From positions 1 to 42,804 of the forward strand of contig JAOTZB010000003.1 in NCBI GenBank assembly GCA_029861625.1: 42,804 nt of DNA, read 5' to 3'. The notes under the pieces were generated by a model. It was not told the DNA's origin, made no database searches, and was given only the letters and a program-made list of their open reading frames with translations. The translations under genes and the position numbers were made by a program. Shown here one piece after another: positions 17,501-27,160 of this stretch. Origin of the DNA: Acidimicrobiia bacterium (GTDB lineage: Bacteria; Actinomycetota; Acidimicrobiia; Acidimicrobiales; JAHEJN01). Position 1 is the first letter of the stretch. Every line of letters begins with the position of its first letter.

Positions 17501-19165
17501 GTGACAATCACCGAGTCGACCCAATCGCCAGAGGCTCCGCCGGCCGAGCCCACACCGCGGACGCTGTCGTATCGGCTCCTGGCCCGCATCACCGACGTCG
17601 CGCTCGACGTCGTTGCCGCGGCAGCCACGATCTTCACGATGGGCCTGGTACAGGTAGTCGGACTGTTGACCGGCGTCTCGGCCATCGAGACCTTCGGCGC
17701 CGACGCTCGGTTGCCCCTCACCATCGCCGCAGTGATCGCGTTCCACTTCTACAACAACGCCTATCTCGTCTCTCGCCGCGGCGCGTCGCTCGCCAAGGGC
17801 GAGCTCGGCCTCGCCATCGACAGGAACGAGGCGCTCCCGTCGTTGCCGACCGCGTTGATCCGCGAGGTCGTCTCGATCATTCCGATCAGCTGGTTCGTGG
17901 TCTTCACGAATCGGGAGCGACACTCGCTCGGCGACATGGCAGCTGCCACGGCCGTCGTCAGCCGCGATGCCATCCCCGCTCCCGGGGTTCTGCGCGACGT
18001 CAGGGCACTCAAGCAGATCGGGCAGATCGTCGCGGTCGCGGCGGTCAGCGCGATCGGCTACTGGCTCATCAACAACCTGCTCACGAATCTCGACGAGCAG
18101 GGCATCGGGGTCAGCTTCGATTTCTTGAGCCAGCCGACGAACTTCCAGGTTCCGTTCGATCCCGGCTTCGACCCTCGCAGCCCGGTCCGCAACATGGTCT
18201 GGGTCGGCGTCAAGAACACATTGATCGCCGCGTCGGTGGGCATCCTCATCGCCGTGGTCCTCGGCACGATCATCGGTATCGCCCGCCTGTCCACCAACTG
18301 GCTGGTGGCCAAGCTGGCCACCATCTACGTCGAGGTCTTCCGCAACATCCCGCCGCTCATCATCATCATCTTCTTCGGCGCCGCGGTGTTCACGAACGGG
18401 CCGTTCCCGATCCTGAGCGGCACGAGCTCGCCGAACATCGTCCAGGTGCCCGGGAGCGATTCGGCCCTGCTCATCGTGTCCAACACGGTGGTCGGCATCC
18501 CGTCGTTCTCCAGCGACGGCCCGATCCTGCTCTTCTGGCTCATCGCCCTCGCTGCACTCGCCCTTGCCGTCGGGGTGTGGAGGTGGCGGACCCGGATCAA
18601 CATCGCGACCGGTGACCCGCACCATCGAGTGCTGTGGTCGTTCGGCGTGTTCACGGGCATCACGGTCATCGCGTTCATCGCGCTCCAGGCGCCCTACGTC
18701 TGGTCGTTCCCGGCGGTGGCCGAGAGCGGTCGCAGGATCGACGGCGGCTTCGTGGCGAACTTCGGGTGGATATCGGTCACCCTCGCGCTCGGTCTCTACA
18801 CCGCGAGCCACATCGCCGAGATCATCCGCGGGTCGATCCTCGCCGTCCACTTGGGCCAGAACGAGGCCGCCAACGCGCTCGCTCTCTCGAACTTCCAGCG
18901 TTATCGCTTCGTGATCCTTCCCCAGGCCATGCGCACCGCCATCCCACCCACGATCAACCAGTTCCTCAACCTCACCAAGAACACCTCACTCGGCATCGCC
19001 GTTGCGTACGCCGAGATCACGGCGCTCACGAAGTCGTCGATCGGCAACGGCCGACCCGCGGTGCCCTCACTCGTTGTTCTGGTCGGTATCTACCTCGTGT
19101 TCTCGATCGTCATCTCGACGATCCTGAATCGCGTGAACAAGAAGTTCCAGCTGGTGGGGCGGTGA
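17501..19165 (+). CDS. aapQ: Amino acid ABC permease (AapQ/BztB-like) with N-terminal RDD-like domain
   Basis: C-terminal part has GVKNTL, ARLSTNWL, YVEVFRNIP, AEIIRGSI..GQNEAA and NLTKNTSL. The first ~155 aa follow the RDD pattern. Confidence 0.88.
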   Translation: MTITESTQSPEAPPAEPTPRTLSYRLLARITDVALDVVAAAATIFTMGLVQVVGLLTGVSAIETFGADARLPLTIAAVIAFHFYNNAYLVSRRGASLAKGELGLAIDRNEALPSLPTALIREVVSIIPISWFVVFTNRERHSLGDMAAATAVVSRDAIPAPGVLRDVRALKQIGQIVAVAAVSAIGYWLINNLLTNLDEQGIGVSFDFLSQPTNFQVPFDPGFDPRSPVRNMVWVGVKNTLIAASVGILIAVVLGTIIGIARLSTNWLVAKLATIYVEVFRNIPPLIIIIFFGAAVFTNGPFPILSGTSSPNIVQVPGSDSALLIVSNTVVGIPSFSSDGPILLFWLIALAALALAVGVWRWRTRINIATGDPHHRVLWSFGVFTGITVIAFIALQAPYVWSFPAVAESGRRIDGGFVANFGWISVTLALGLYTASHIAEIIRGSILAVHLGQNEAANALALSNFQRYRFVILPQAMRTAIPPTINQFLNLTKNTSLGIAVAYAEITALTKSSIGNGRPAVPSLVVLVGIYLVFSIVISTILNRVNKKFQLVGR

Positions 19166-19169
19166 TGTC

Positions 19170-20756
19170 ATGAGCGATCAGTGGAGCTTCCCGGCAGCCC
19201 CCACCGAGGGGCAGCGCGAGATCAAGGAAGCGCTCGCGAGGGCCCCTGAGGCCAAGAAGCTCCCGCCCCGACAGTGGCTGAAGAAGAACCTCTTCAACAA
19301 CTGGTTCAACGCGGTGCTCACCATCGTGTTGGGTGCGGTGAGCGCGTACCTCCTGTTCCGTACCGTGCGGTTCGTCTTCTTCACCGGCCGATGGGAACCC
19401 GTGCGCGAGAACCTCGAGCTGTTCATGATCGGACAGTTCCCTCGCGACGAACGCTGGCGCATCGTGGGCCAGGTGCTGTTGATCGCAGGCGCCATCGGCG
19501 CGGCGATCGGAGCCCTGCGGGGCGCCTCCATCGACCGCGCCCACGACACCGGCGAACCGAGGGTGGTCGAGAGCTGGCGCACCTACTTTGCGAGCTACTG
19601 GGCCGTCGGATTGTTCGTCGCCGTCATGCTCTCGGCTTTCGTGCGTTCGGCCGGCCCCTGGATCGTCGCCATCTGCTGTCTCGCCCTGGCAGTCATCGGC
19701 TACCTGATCACCGGGTTCCTGCCCACCCGGCTCAGCATCCTCCGTTGGACGATCGCGGCGGTTCCGGCGGTCATCTCCTTCCAGCTCCTGTCGGGCTTCA
19801 GCGGCTGGGCATGGTTCTTCATGACGGTCGCCCTCGCACCCTTGGTGCGCTCAGAGGTCGGGCGCCTGTTGACCGACACCAGTGCGTCGTTGAGCTGGGT
19901 GCTCGCAGCCGTCGGCGCCGCGGTCGGCCTGTACTCGTTCGCCGTCGGCGGCCTCGGGATCTTCAGCTTCGTCTTCACCCTGTTCGGCCTCTACGGCCTG
20001 TTCCAGATGATCTCGGGCGACCGCATCGACGCGGGTCGAACCGGCGCCACGATGGTGTTGGGCCTCGTGGTCTTCCTCGTCTACTCGGCGATCGGTCTCG
20101 ACGGCATCGACTGGACCGACTGGGGCGGGTTCCACATCAGCCTCGTGGCCACCGTCGCCGCCATCGTCCTGGCATTCCCACTGGGGATGTTGTTGGCCCT
20201 CGGTCGTCGATCGAGTCTTCCCGCCGTCCGGGTGATGTCGGTCGCGTACATCGAGTTCTTCCGGGGTGCGCCACTCATCACATTCTTGTTGTCGGCGCAG
20301 TTCTTCCTCGGGTTCTTCCTCGGCTCCGACACTCAGCTGTCGCTCATCACGCGTGCCATCGCGGCGATCACGCTCTTCAGCGCCGCCTATGTGGCCGAGA
20401 TCATCCGGGGTGGGCTCCAAGCGGTCCCGCCGGGGCAGATCGAAGCCGGACAAGCCATGGGGCTCTCGCAACCGAAGATCATGCGGCTCATCGTGATGCC
20501 CCAGGCACTGCGGGCCGTGATCCCGGCGATGGTCGGCCAGTTCATCTCGCTGTTCAAGGACACGACCCTGCTGAGCATCATCGCGATCAACGAACTGCTG
20601 GGCGTCCGCGAGCTCGTGCACGCCCAGGCCGATTTCCGTGGCTTCGGAATCGGCGAGACCCTCGTATTCGTGGCTTTCGGCTTCTGGGCCGTGGCCTTTA
20701 CCATGTCAAGAGAGAGCCAGCGGCTCGAGCGCAGATTGGGAGTTGGCGAACGATGA
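19170..20756 (+). CDS. aapM: Amino acid ABC permease (AapM/BztC-like), enlarged membrane region
   Basis: [63 protein letters not shown]. Confidence 0.9.
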   Translation: MSDQWSFPAAPTEGQREIKEALARAPEAKKLPPRQWLKKNLFNNWFNAVLTIVLGAVSAYLLFRTVRFVFFTGRWEPVRENLELFMIGQFPRDERWRIVGQVLLIAGAIGAAIGALRGASIDRAHDTGEPRVVESWRTYFASYWAVGLFVAVMLSAFVRSAGPWIVAICCLALAVIGYLITGFLPTRLSILRWTIAAVPAVISFQLLSGFSGWAWFFMTVALAPLVRSEVGRLLTDTSASLSWVLAAVGAAVGLYSFAVGGLGIFSFVFTLFGLYGLFQMISGDRIDAGRTGATMVLGLVVFLVYSAIGLDGIDWTDWGGFHISLVATVAAIVLAFPLGMLLALGRRSSLPAVRVMSVAYIEFFRGAPLITFLLSAQFFLGFFLGSDTQLSLITRAIAAITLFSAAYVAEIIRGGLQAVPPGQIEAGQAMGLSQPKIMRLIVMPQALRAVIPAMVGQFISLFKDTTLLSIIAINELLGVRELVHAQADFRGFGIGETLVFVAFGFWAVAFTMSRESQRLERRLGVGER

Positions 20757-21532
20757 GCGACACCACCATGGTCCAGAGCGATGCGACCGACATCGGCCGC
20801 CGCGAGGTGATGATCGAGTTGGCCGGGGTCGACAAGTTCTTCGGTGACTTCCAGGCCCTCAGCGGCATCGACATGCTCGTCGGCAAACAAGAGGTGGTCG
20901 TGGTCATCGGCCCCTCCGGGTCGGGCAAGTCGACCCTGATCCGGTGCATCAACCGCCTCGAGGAACACGACGCGGGCCGCATCGTCGTCGACGGCGTCGA
21001 GCTGTCCGACGACATCCGCAACATCCAGGAGATCCGCCGGGAGACCGGCATGGTCTTCCAGTCGTTCAACCTGTTCCCTCATCTCACGGTGCTCGACAAC
21101 GTCACGCTGGCCCCACGTCAGGTCCGCAGGCTGCCGAAGGGCGAAGCCGAGGAGATGGGGATGCAGCTCCTCGAACACGTGAAGATCCCCGACCAGGCCC
21201 GCAAGTTCCCCGGCCAGTTGTCGGGTGGCCAGCAACAACGTGTCGCCATCGCCCGATCCCTCGCCATGAGCCCGAAGGTCATGCTGTTCGACGAGCCGAC
21301 ATCGGCCCTCGACCCCGAGATGATCAAGGAGGTCCTCGACACCATGAAGGACCTCGCCCACGGGGGCATGACGATGATCGTCGTGACCCACGAGATGGGC
21401 TTCGCCCGAGAGGTCGCCGATCGGGTCGTGTTCATGGCCGATGGTGAGATCGTCGAGGTCGGCACCCCGCAACACTTCTTCGAGAGCCCGACCGAAGAGC
21501 GCACGAAGCTCTTCCTCTCCCAGATCCTGTAG
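20753..21532 (+). CDS. aapP: Amino acid ABC transporter ATP-binding protein
   Basis: [36 protein letters not shown] 20753 overlaps the upstream stop. Confidence 0.95.
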   Translation: MSDTTMVQSDATDIGRREVMIELAGVDKFFGDFQALSGIDMLVGKQEVVVVIGPSGSGKSTLIRCINRLEEHDAGRIVVDGVELSDDIRNIQEIRRETGMVFQSFNLFPHLTVLDNVTLAPRQVRRLPKGEAEEMGMQLLEHVKIPDQARKFPGQLSGGQQQRVAIARSLAMSPKVMLFDEPTSALDPEMIKEVLDTMKDLAHGGMTMIVVTHEMGFAREVADRVVFMADGEIVEVGTPQHFFESPTEERTKLFLSQIL

Positions 21533-21546
21533 CCGCCGGTCGCGGG

Positions 21547-22335
21547 ATGACCATGGCTCGGCCCTCGACCGGTTCTCCTCGTTCGATCGCAGGAAGCACG
21601 GCACTCGTCACCGGCGCCGCCAGCGGCATGGGTCGGGCCACGGCCCTACTGTTCGCCGAGGAAGGAGCCAAGGTCGCGGTCACCGATGTCGACGGTGACA
21701 GTCTCGCGGAGGTCGTCGACGAGATCACGGCCGCCGGAGGCACCGCGATCGGCTGGATTCTCGACGTGCGTGACGGCGACGCTATCAAGCAGGTGGTCGA
21801 CGATGTCGCCGAACGCATGGACGGGCTGGACATCGTGGTCAACAACGCAGGCGTGTCGCTCGTGTCGTCGATCCAGGTCCCCGAGTTCGAGGACAACTGG
21901 GCCACCAGCATCGACGTGTTGCTCACGGCCCAGGCCCGGATCGTACGCGCCGCCCTGCACCACCTCCGCCGCAGCAAAGCGCCACGGATCGTCAACATCT
22001 CGTCGACCGAGGGGTTGGGCGCCACTCCTGGCATCTCGGGCTACACCGCGGCCAAACACGGCGTCATCGGACTGACGAAGTCGCTCGCAGTCGAGCTCGG
22101 ACGCGACGCGATCACCGTGAACGTCGTGTGCCCCGGCCCGATCAACACCGGCATGACCGCCGAGATCCCCGACGCCGACAAGCACGTGTTCGCCACGCGT
22201 CGAACGGCCCTGCGACGCTATGGCGAGCCCGAAGAGGTGGCCCACATGACGCTCAGTCTCTGTCTTCCGGCGGCATCGTTCATCACCGGGTCGGTCGTGG
22301 TCGTCGACGGCGGCTTGACGGCCCGCAACGCGTGA
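21547..22335 (+). CDS. SDR family oxidoreductase
   Basis: TGAASGMG, NNAG, catalytic YTAAK. Confidence 0.95.
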   Translation: MTMARPSTGSPRSIAGSTALVTGAASGMGRATALLFAEEGAKVAVTDVDGDSLAEVVDEITAAGGTAIGWILDVRDGDAIKQVVDDVAERMDGLDIVVNNAGVSLVSSIQVPEFEDNWATSIDVLLTAQARIVRAALHHLRRSKAPRIVNISSTEGLGATPGISGYTAAKHGVIGLTKSLAVELGRDAITVNVVCPGPINTGMTAEIPDADKHVFATRRTALRRYGEPEEVAHMTLSLCLPAASFITGSVVVVDGGLTARNA

Positions 22336-22802
22336 TGGCCGACAACTCCCCGGCCAGATCGTTCAAGACCCCGCCGCGGTGGATGATCCCGTGGATCTCG
22401 AGAGCGCACGTGCGGCTCTACCGACGCACCGACGGCAGAATCGGCGGCAAGCTCGCCGGGATGCGTGGCGTCCTCGTCACCACCACGGGCCGCCGATCCG
22501 GCCACGAGCACACCGTCTGTCTCCCGTACTTCTCCGACGACGGCGACCGCATCGTCGTGGCCAGCTTCGCCGGAGCGCCGACGCACCCGGCGTGGTACGT
22601 GAACATGCTCGCCGACCCCGCTGTCACAGTCCGAGAGCGCGCCCGATCCTTCCCGGCCCGGGCCGAGACCGTCATCGGAGACGACCGCGCCGGCGTGTGG
22701 GAGCGGCTGACCGACCGCTATCCCTGGTATCTCGACTACCAGTCCGGCACCGAGCGGGAGATCCCGCTCGTGCGGCTGGTCGAGGTCGGTGACGATCAAT
22801 AG
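22335..22802 (+). CDS. Deazaflavin (F420)-dependent nitroreductase family protein
   Basis: TTTGRRSG, VASFAGAPTHPAWYVN, YQSGTEREIP. ATG overlaps the SDR stop. Confidence 0.9.
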   Translation: MADNSPARSFKTPPRWMIPWISRAHVRLYRRTDGRIGGKLAGMRGVLVTTTGRRSGHEHTVCLPYFSDDGDRIVVASFAGAPTHPAWYVNMLADPAVTVRERARSFPARAETVIGDDRAGVWERLTDRYPWYLDYQSGTEREIPLVRLVEVGDDQ

Positions 22803-23734
22803 GCGCTGAGATCCCAGATCGAGGGGTCGACGATGTCGGTTCGAGCCGTCCACGGGGTCGCCTGGCTTCGTGCGATGACCGTGAGCTCGTCGAGGCGCGG
22901 GATCACCTCCCGTTCGACGACTGCCGCTCGCTCGTCGCTGTCGACGACGCCGCCCCAGATGGCCCGTCCGGCCATGAATCCGCTCGCGCCGGCACCGCAG
23001 GCCGCGGCGACCTGGTCTCGGAAGACCTCGTAGGACACACCCCACGACAGCACCGCCCACGGCACCGAGATCGCGGCGGTCACGTCTGCGCACGCCGCAT
23101 CCCAGCCGGCCCGGTCGTCGGTTGCAGCCGGGAACGGCATCTTGACGACGTCGGCGCCGAGTGCCGCCACTCGCTCGGCCGAGCCGAGACACACGCGCCG
23201 TCGGTCGGCGGCATCGGCGATGTCGTAGGGCACCGGCTCGACGAACAGCGCCAGATCGTGATCGTGACACTGGTCCACCACTCGTCGGATCAGTTCCTCC
23301 TGAGCAGCCGTCACCGCGCCGCCGTCGGGTCGGTACAGGACGAGCAGCTTCGCGGCGCTGGCGCCGCAACGTCCGGTCTTGGCCACCGACCAGCCGTCGA
23401 GCAGCTCGTTGCCGGTCACGCCGGGCCGACCCAGATACCCCTGGGCCTCCAACGCACACAGGAATCCGACGGACGGATCCAGCGAACCCGAGGCGATTGC
23501 GGGCACGACGCCGTATTCGGGGTCGAGCATGACGCCCGACGGACGATCGCCGACGGCTGCGAGCACATCGAGCTTGAACCGGGTGAGATCGGCTGCTGCC
23601 ACCCCGTCGGGATCGGCCGCGTCGAGCTCGACCCGGAGCGAGTCACGGTGATCGAGCGCGAGGATCGAGAATACGCCGTCGCGCGAGAGCTGCTGGAGGC
23701 CTCGGACCTTTCCCGGGCCGAGCGGGCCCGTCAC
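22796..23734 (-). CDS. LacD/YihT-like class I ketose-phosphate aldolase
   Basis: ALDHRDSL, MLDPEYG, AKLLVLYRPD, Schiff-base ADVVKMPFP, GASGFMAGRAIW. Confidence 0.88.
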   Translation of the reverse strand: MTGPLGPGKVRGLQQLSRDGVFSILALDHRDSLRVELDAADPDGVAAADLTRFKLDVLAAVGDRPSGVMLDPEYGVVPAIASGSLDPSVGFLCALEAQGYLGRPGVTGNELLDGWSVAKTGRCGASAAKLLVLYRPDGGAVTAAQEELIRRVVDQCHDHDLALFVEPVPYDIADAADRRRVCLGSAERVAALGADVVKMPFPAATDDRAGWDAACADVTAAISVPWAVLSWGVSYEVFRDQVAAACGAGASGFMAGRAIWGGVVDSDERAAVVEREVIPRLDELTVIARSQATPWTARTDIVDPSIWDLSAY

Positions 23735-24567
23735 GGCTCAACGACCGGCAGCTCCCAGGCCCCTGCGTCCCAGTCGGCCTCGATCCACGTGTAGGACTGG
23801 TGAAAACACGGCGGCGTGACCCGCTCACCGTCGACCAGCTCGCCCGCCAGGTAGTTCAGGAAGAACAGGTGGGAGCCGGGCGCGGCATTGCTCGAGTGGT
23901 ACCCCTTGGTGACCAACACGACGTCCCCGTCGGCAGCCGTGAAGGACTCATCGAAGGGCTCGTCGACGCGCCAGTTGCGATGCATCGCGAACCCGTCGGC
24001 GGGGTCGGTTCGGAAGTAGTACGTCTCCTCGAGGTACGGGGAGCCGTCGTAGCCGTCGTGGCAGTGTGGAGGCCATCCCGACCACGAGCCGCGCGGCACG
24101 TACACCTCGTACAGGATCAGTCGCTCGGCCGGTAACGGCGGAGCGAGGATGTGGTTCACCTGGCGGCGGGCCGCGCCGCCACCGCGAACCTCGGAACGCA
24201 TCTCGGCGGGTGTGAACAGACGCACGGGGTATCTACCGTCGGCCGGGGCGCTGCCGATCGCGAGCTCGGACGCTTCGTGCGCCACCAGCTCGACCCGTGG
24301 GCCCGGCGGAACGTACAACACGTCGGGCATCTGCTCGAAAACGCTGGTACGACCGAGTCGATGGTCGACGCCGTCGACGGTCGCGGTGACCGAGCCCGAC
24401 AGCGGCACGACCGCCGCCTCCTCACCTGGTCGGGCCAGTGCGTACGATTCGCCCGTCGCGAGACCGACGACCGAGAAGCTGAGGTACTCCCACCCCGCGC
24501 TCGCGGGCGTCACCGCCACCTGCTCGACCGAGCTGCGGTCGGGTGTCAGCTGGTGTGGGCCGCTCAT
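23731..24567 (-). CDS. iolB: 5-deoxy-glucuronate isomerase
   Basis: AGWEYLSF, EVRGGG, WSGWPPHCHD, YLEETYY, KGYH. ATG 24567 overlaps the upstream stop. Confidence 0.9.
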   Translation of the reverse strand: MSGPHQLTPDRSSVEQVAVTPASAGWEYLSFSVVGLATGESYALARPGEEAAVVPLSGSVTATVDGVDHRLGRTSVFEQMPDVLYVPPGPRVELVAHEASELAIGSAPADGRYPVRLFTPAEMRSEVRGGGAARRQVNHILAPPLPAERLILYEVYVPRGSWSGWPPHCHDGYDGSPYLEETYYFRTDPADGFAMHRNWRVDEPFDESFTAADGDVVLVTKGYHSSNAAPGSHLFFLNYLAGELVDGERVTPPCFHQSYTWIEADWDAGAWELPVVEP

Positions 24568-25601
24568 CGCTTGGCCGGGATCCCGTGATACGGCGCGCCC
24601 GCCGCCTCCCATTCGCCGTACAGCTCGAAGAACGCCTCTCCGAACGGATCATCCCCCTGGAGCGGCATCATGGCTCGGCGGATGGTGAAGTCGACCGGCG
24701 CCAGCTCGGCTGCCGCCGCGAAGTGCACGTCGGCCGCGTCGGGACGGCCGGAGCGACGCAACTCGACCGCGATGCGGAACTCGAGTCGCGCGTCGATCTC
24801 GTCGGCCGAGAGGTCGTCGACGGCTGTTCGAGCCGTCTCGGCATCGATGCCGACCACATCGTTGCGAACCCAGTCGCGGATCTCGTTCTTGTGGTCCTCG
24901 GGGTCGATGCCGTGGAACTCGGTGAACATGTCGACGCCGAACGCCACGGAGTTGGGCCGGACGATGTTGTCCTCGGCATCGATCCACATCACCGTCGGCA
25001 CGTTGCTGATCGCATACAGCTCGCTGAGCAAGTGCTGTCGGTCGATCAGGACCGGGTAGGTGATGCCGTCGGCGAACTCACGCACGGCCTCGGCATCGTC
25101 GTCGAACGCGACGGCGACGACCATGAAGTTCGCGTCGGCGAGCTCATCGTGTAGTTCCTGCCACCCGGGCAGGTCGTAGCGGCATCCTCACCAGGTCGAG
25201 AAGGCGACGAGGACCTTCCTCTTGCCGAGCCAGTCGTCGAAGCGGTGCGGGTTCCCGTCGAGGTCGGGCAACTCGAACGGTGCCGCCCTGAGATCGCGCA
25301 GTGCATGGTCGCGGTTCTCGGCCCGCTGACCGAGCGCGATGACTGCATCGTCGAGCGCGGCGAGAACGGGCCGGTCGAGTGCCGACATGGTGGCGAACAG
25401 GTCGACGCGCCCGTCGATCAATACGTCGGTCGGTGCGAGCATCGGCACACAGACCTCGCCCTGACAGAACCCTTCGGGCTTGACCTCCCACCCGGCGGCG
25501 ACGGCGAAGTCGGCCGGGTCGAGCAGGACCCGGTCGCCGTCGACGTGCGCGTCGATGACTCGGGCCTCGTCGTCGATGATGGTCAGTTGCATCGGTTCCA
25601 C
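24564..25601 (-). CDS. Thioredoxin-fold (TlpA/ResA/AhpC-like) selenoprotein, Sec at codon 138 (345 aa)
   Basis: The ORFs 25188-25601 and 24564-25124 are in frame and joined by TGG-TGA-GGA-TGC (W-U-G-C) plus RYDLPGWQELHDELADANF. A hairpin follows the UGA. TACGGT -10 lies 7 nt before GTG 25601. Confidence 0.88.
25157..25173 (-). promoter_or_regulatory. Putative bacterial SECIS element
   Basis: CCUGCC-CGGGU-GGCAGG 6-bp stem with a G-rich loop, starting 14 nt 3' of the UGA (25188-25190). Confidence 0.65.
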
Positions 25602-25636
25602 CGCGCTGACCGTACAAGACGGGTTAGCTTCCCGTC

Positions 25637-26041
25637 ATGGCGACGATCCTCGCCCACATCACCGTGAAGCCCGGCTGCGAGTCCGTGTTCGAGTCGATCG
25701 CGGCGCGCCTGTTCCGCCGAACCCACGACGACGAGACGGCCGTGCGTCGTTACGAGTACTGGCGCGGTGCCGAGCCCCGCACGTACTACACGCTGCTCGC
25801 CTTCGACGACTTCAACGGTTTCCTCGCCCACCAGACGAGCCCGCATCACGAGAACGAGGCTCAGGCCATCCGCGACGCCGTCGAGACGCTGACGTTGGAG
25901 TGGGTCGATCCGATCGTCGGCGCATCGCCGCTGGTGCCCACCGAAGACCGGCCAAGTCCCGACGGGGCCGACGAGCTCGTCCGGCGGTACGCGAATCTGT
26001 ATGCCCCCGACGTTCAGGAGTGGTGGCTCGCCCAGCGGTGA
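25637..26041 (+). CDS. Antibiotic biosynthesis monooxygenase (ABM)-family protein
   Basis: ILAHITVKPG..FE..RYEYWR..HQTSPHH dimeric alpha/beta-barrel pattern. TAGCTT lies 6 nt before the ATG. Confidence 0.8.
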   Translation: MATILAHITVKPGCESVFESIAARLFRRTHDDETAVRRYEYWRGAEPRTYYTLLAFDDFNGFLAHQTSPHHENEAQAIRDAVETLTLEWVDPIVGASPLVPTEDRPSPDGADELVRRYANLYAPDVQEWWLAQR

Positions 26042-26042
26042 G

Positions 26043-26276
26043 TCAGGCCACGCCCCGGTTGGCCGACCATCGGCCGGCACCGAATCCGGCGAGCCCGGCC
26101 CCGAGGATCAACCATCCCAGTCGCATCGCGGCCCGGCCTCCGAGGAGGCGAACCTCCACGACGACGAAGTTGTCCACGACGATCAGGGTCGCGAGCACGA
26201 CGAGTGCTGCCAGCACAACGTGACGTCTCGCCCGAGACCAGCCGTGGCGGACCCGGTCGTGGTGGTGCGTGATCAT
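26043..26276 (-). CDS. Small two-TM membrane protein (LapA/DUF1049-like)
   Basis: ATG 26276 overlaps the GDPD stop; TM-N-VEVRLL-TM pattern; 77 aa. Confidence 0.6.
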   Translation of the reverse strand: MITHHHDRVRHGWSRARRHVVLAALVVLATLIVVDNFVVVEVRLLGGRAAMRLGWLILGAGLAGFGAGRWSANRGVA

Positions 26277-27124
26277 GGGCCCTCCTCGACCGGCGGCAAT
26301 GCCACCAGGTCGGGCGTCTCGTGTTGTTGTTCGATGAAGGCGAGGTTGTCCGTGGCGGCCCCGTCGACGCCGAGCTCGTGCAGCTCCGCGAGTCGAGCCG
26401 CACCGTTCACGGTCCATGCGATGACGTCGAGGTCGTCGCGTTCGAACGCGGCGACGACATCGCGATCGAGCAGCGACTCGCGCACCGAGACACCGGTGAC
26501 GACTCCCACGAGGTCGGCGTCGAGCGCCCGATCGAGGCCCGATCGACTGCCGATGCTCAGGACCCGGCCGACCGTCGTCCCTCGATCGGCGACGCGGCCG
26601 AGCACCGCGACCGACGGGCTGACCACGATGGCCCGACCGGCCGAGTCGTGCTCGTCGAGAAAGGCGAGCAGGTCGTCGACGACGCCCAGGTTGTTCGTCT
26701 TGAGATCGAGGAACACGCTCGACGCCGACGCCGAGAACTCCCACGCGGCGTCGAGCGTGGGCCGGCGCAGGAACACCGAACCGACGAAATCGGGCGGACG
26801 ATCGTGCGCGGCATAGAGCGTCCCGTCGATCGAGATCACGTCTATCTCGATGGCGCGGGCCCCGAGCGCCAGCGCCGCGGTCGTCGCCCGCCTGCTGGAG
26901 CCGGCGTTGTGGGCGACCAGGAGGAGCTGATCGGGGACCGTCGCCGGATCGATTCCGTCGCGATCGAAGAACAGTCCCGGCTCGACGCCGCTCGTCGCCC
27001 GTTCGACGCGAGCAGGGGCGAGCGCCGCGACCGAGAGCACGGCGACAGCTCCGACGGTGACGGCGATTGCCGCGGCCGACACCGCAGCGGCGGCGACGCG
27101 GTGGAGGCGCGACGGTCGGATCAT
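26273..27124 (-). CDS. Glycerophosphodiester phosphodiesterase-like exported protein
   Basis: N-terminal hydrophobic segment, VAHNAG, IEIDV, AAHD, LDLK, AWTVN, LGVDGAATD. Start position uncertain. Confidence 0.8.
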   Translation of the reverse strand: MIRPSRLHRVAAAAVSAAAIAVTVGAVAVLSVAALAPARVERATSGVEPGLFFDRDGIDPATVPDQLLLVAHNAGSSRRATTAALALGARAIEIDVISIDGTLYAAHDRPPDFVGSVFLRRPTLDAAWEFSASASSVFLDLKTNNLGVVDDLLAFLDEHDSAGRAIVVSPSVAVLGRVADRGTTVGRVLSIGSRSGLDRALDADLVGVVTGVSVRESLLDRDVVAAFERDDLDVIAWTVNGAARLAELHELGVDGAATDNLAFIEQQHETPDLVALPPVEEGP

Positions 27125-27160
27125 CACGCCTACCAAACACCACCGGAAGCGGTTCTGGTC

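Noticed and set aside
25188-25190. TGA as a nonsense mutation or as the end of two separate genes
   Set aside because: It falls on the redox-motif position, is followed by Gly-Cys and a SECIS-like hairpin, and the frame continues intact. Sec is more parsimonious, though the Sec machinery is unverified.
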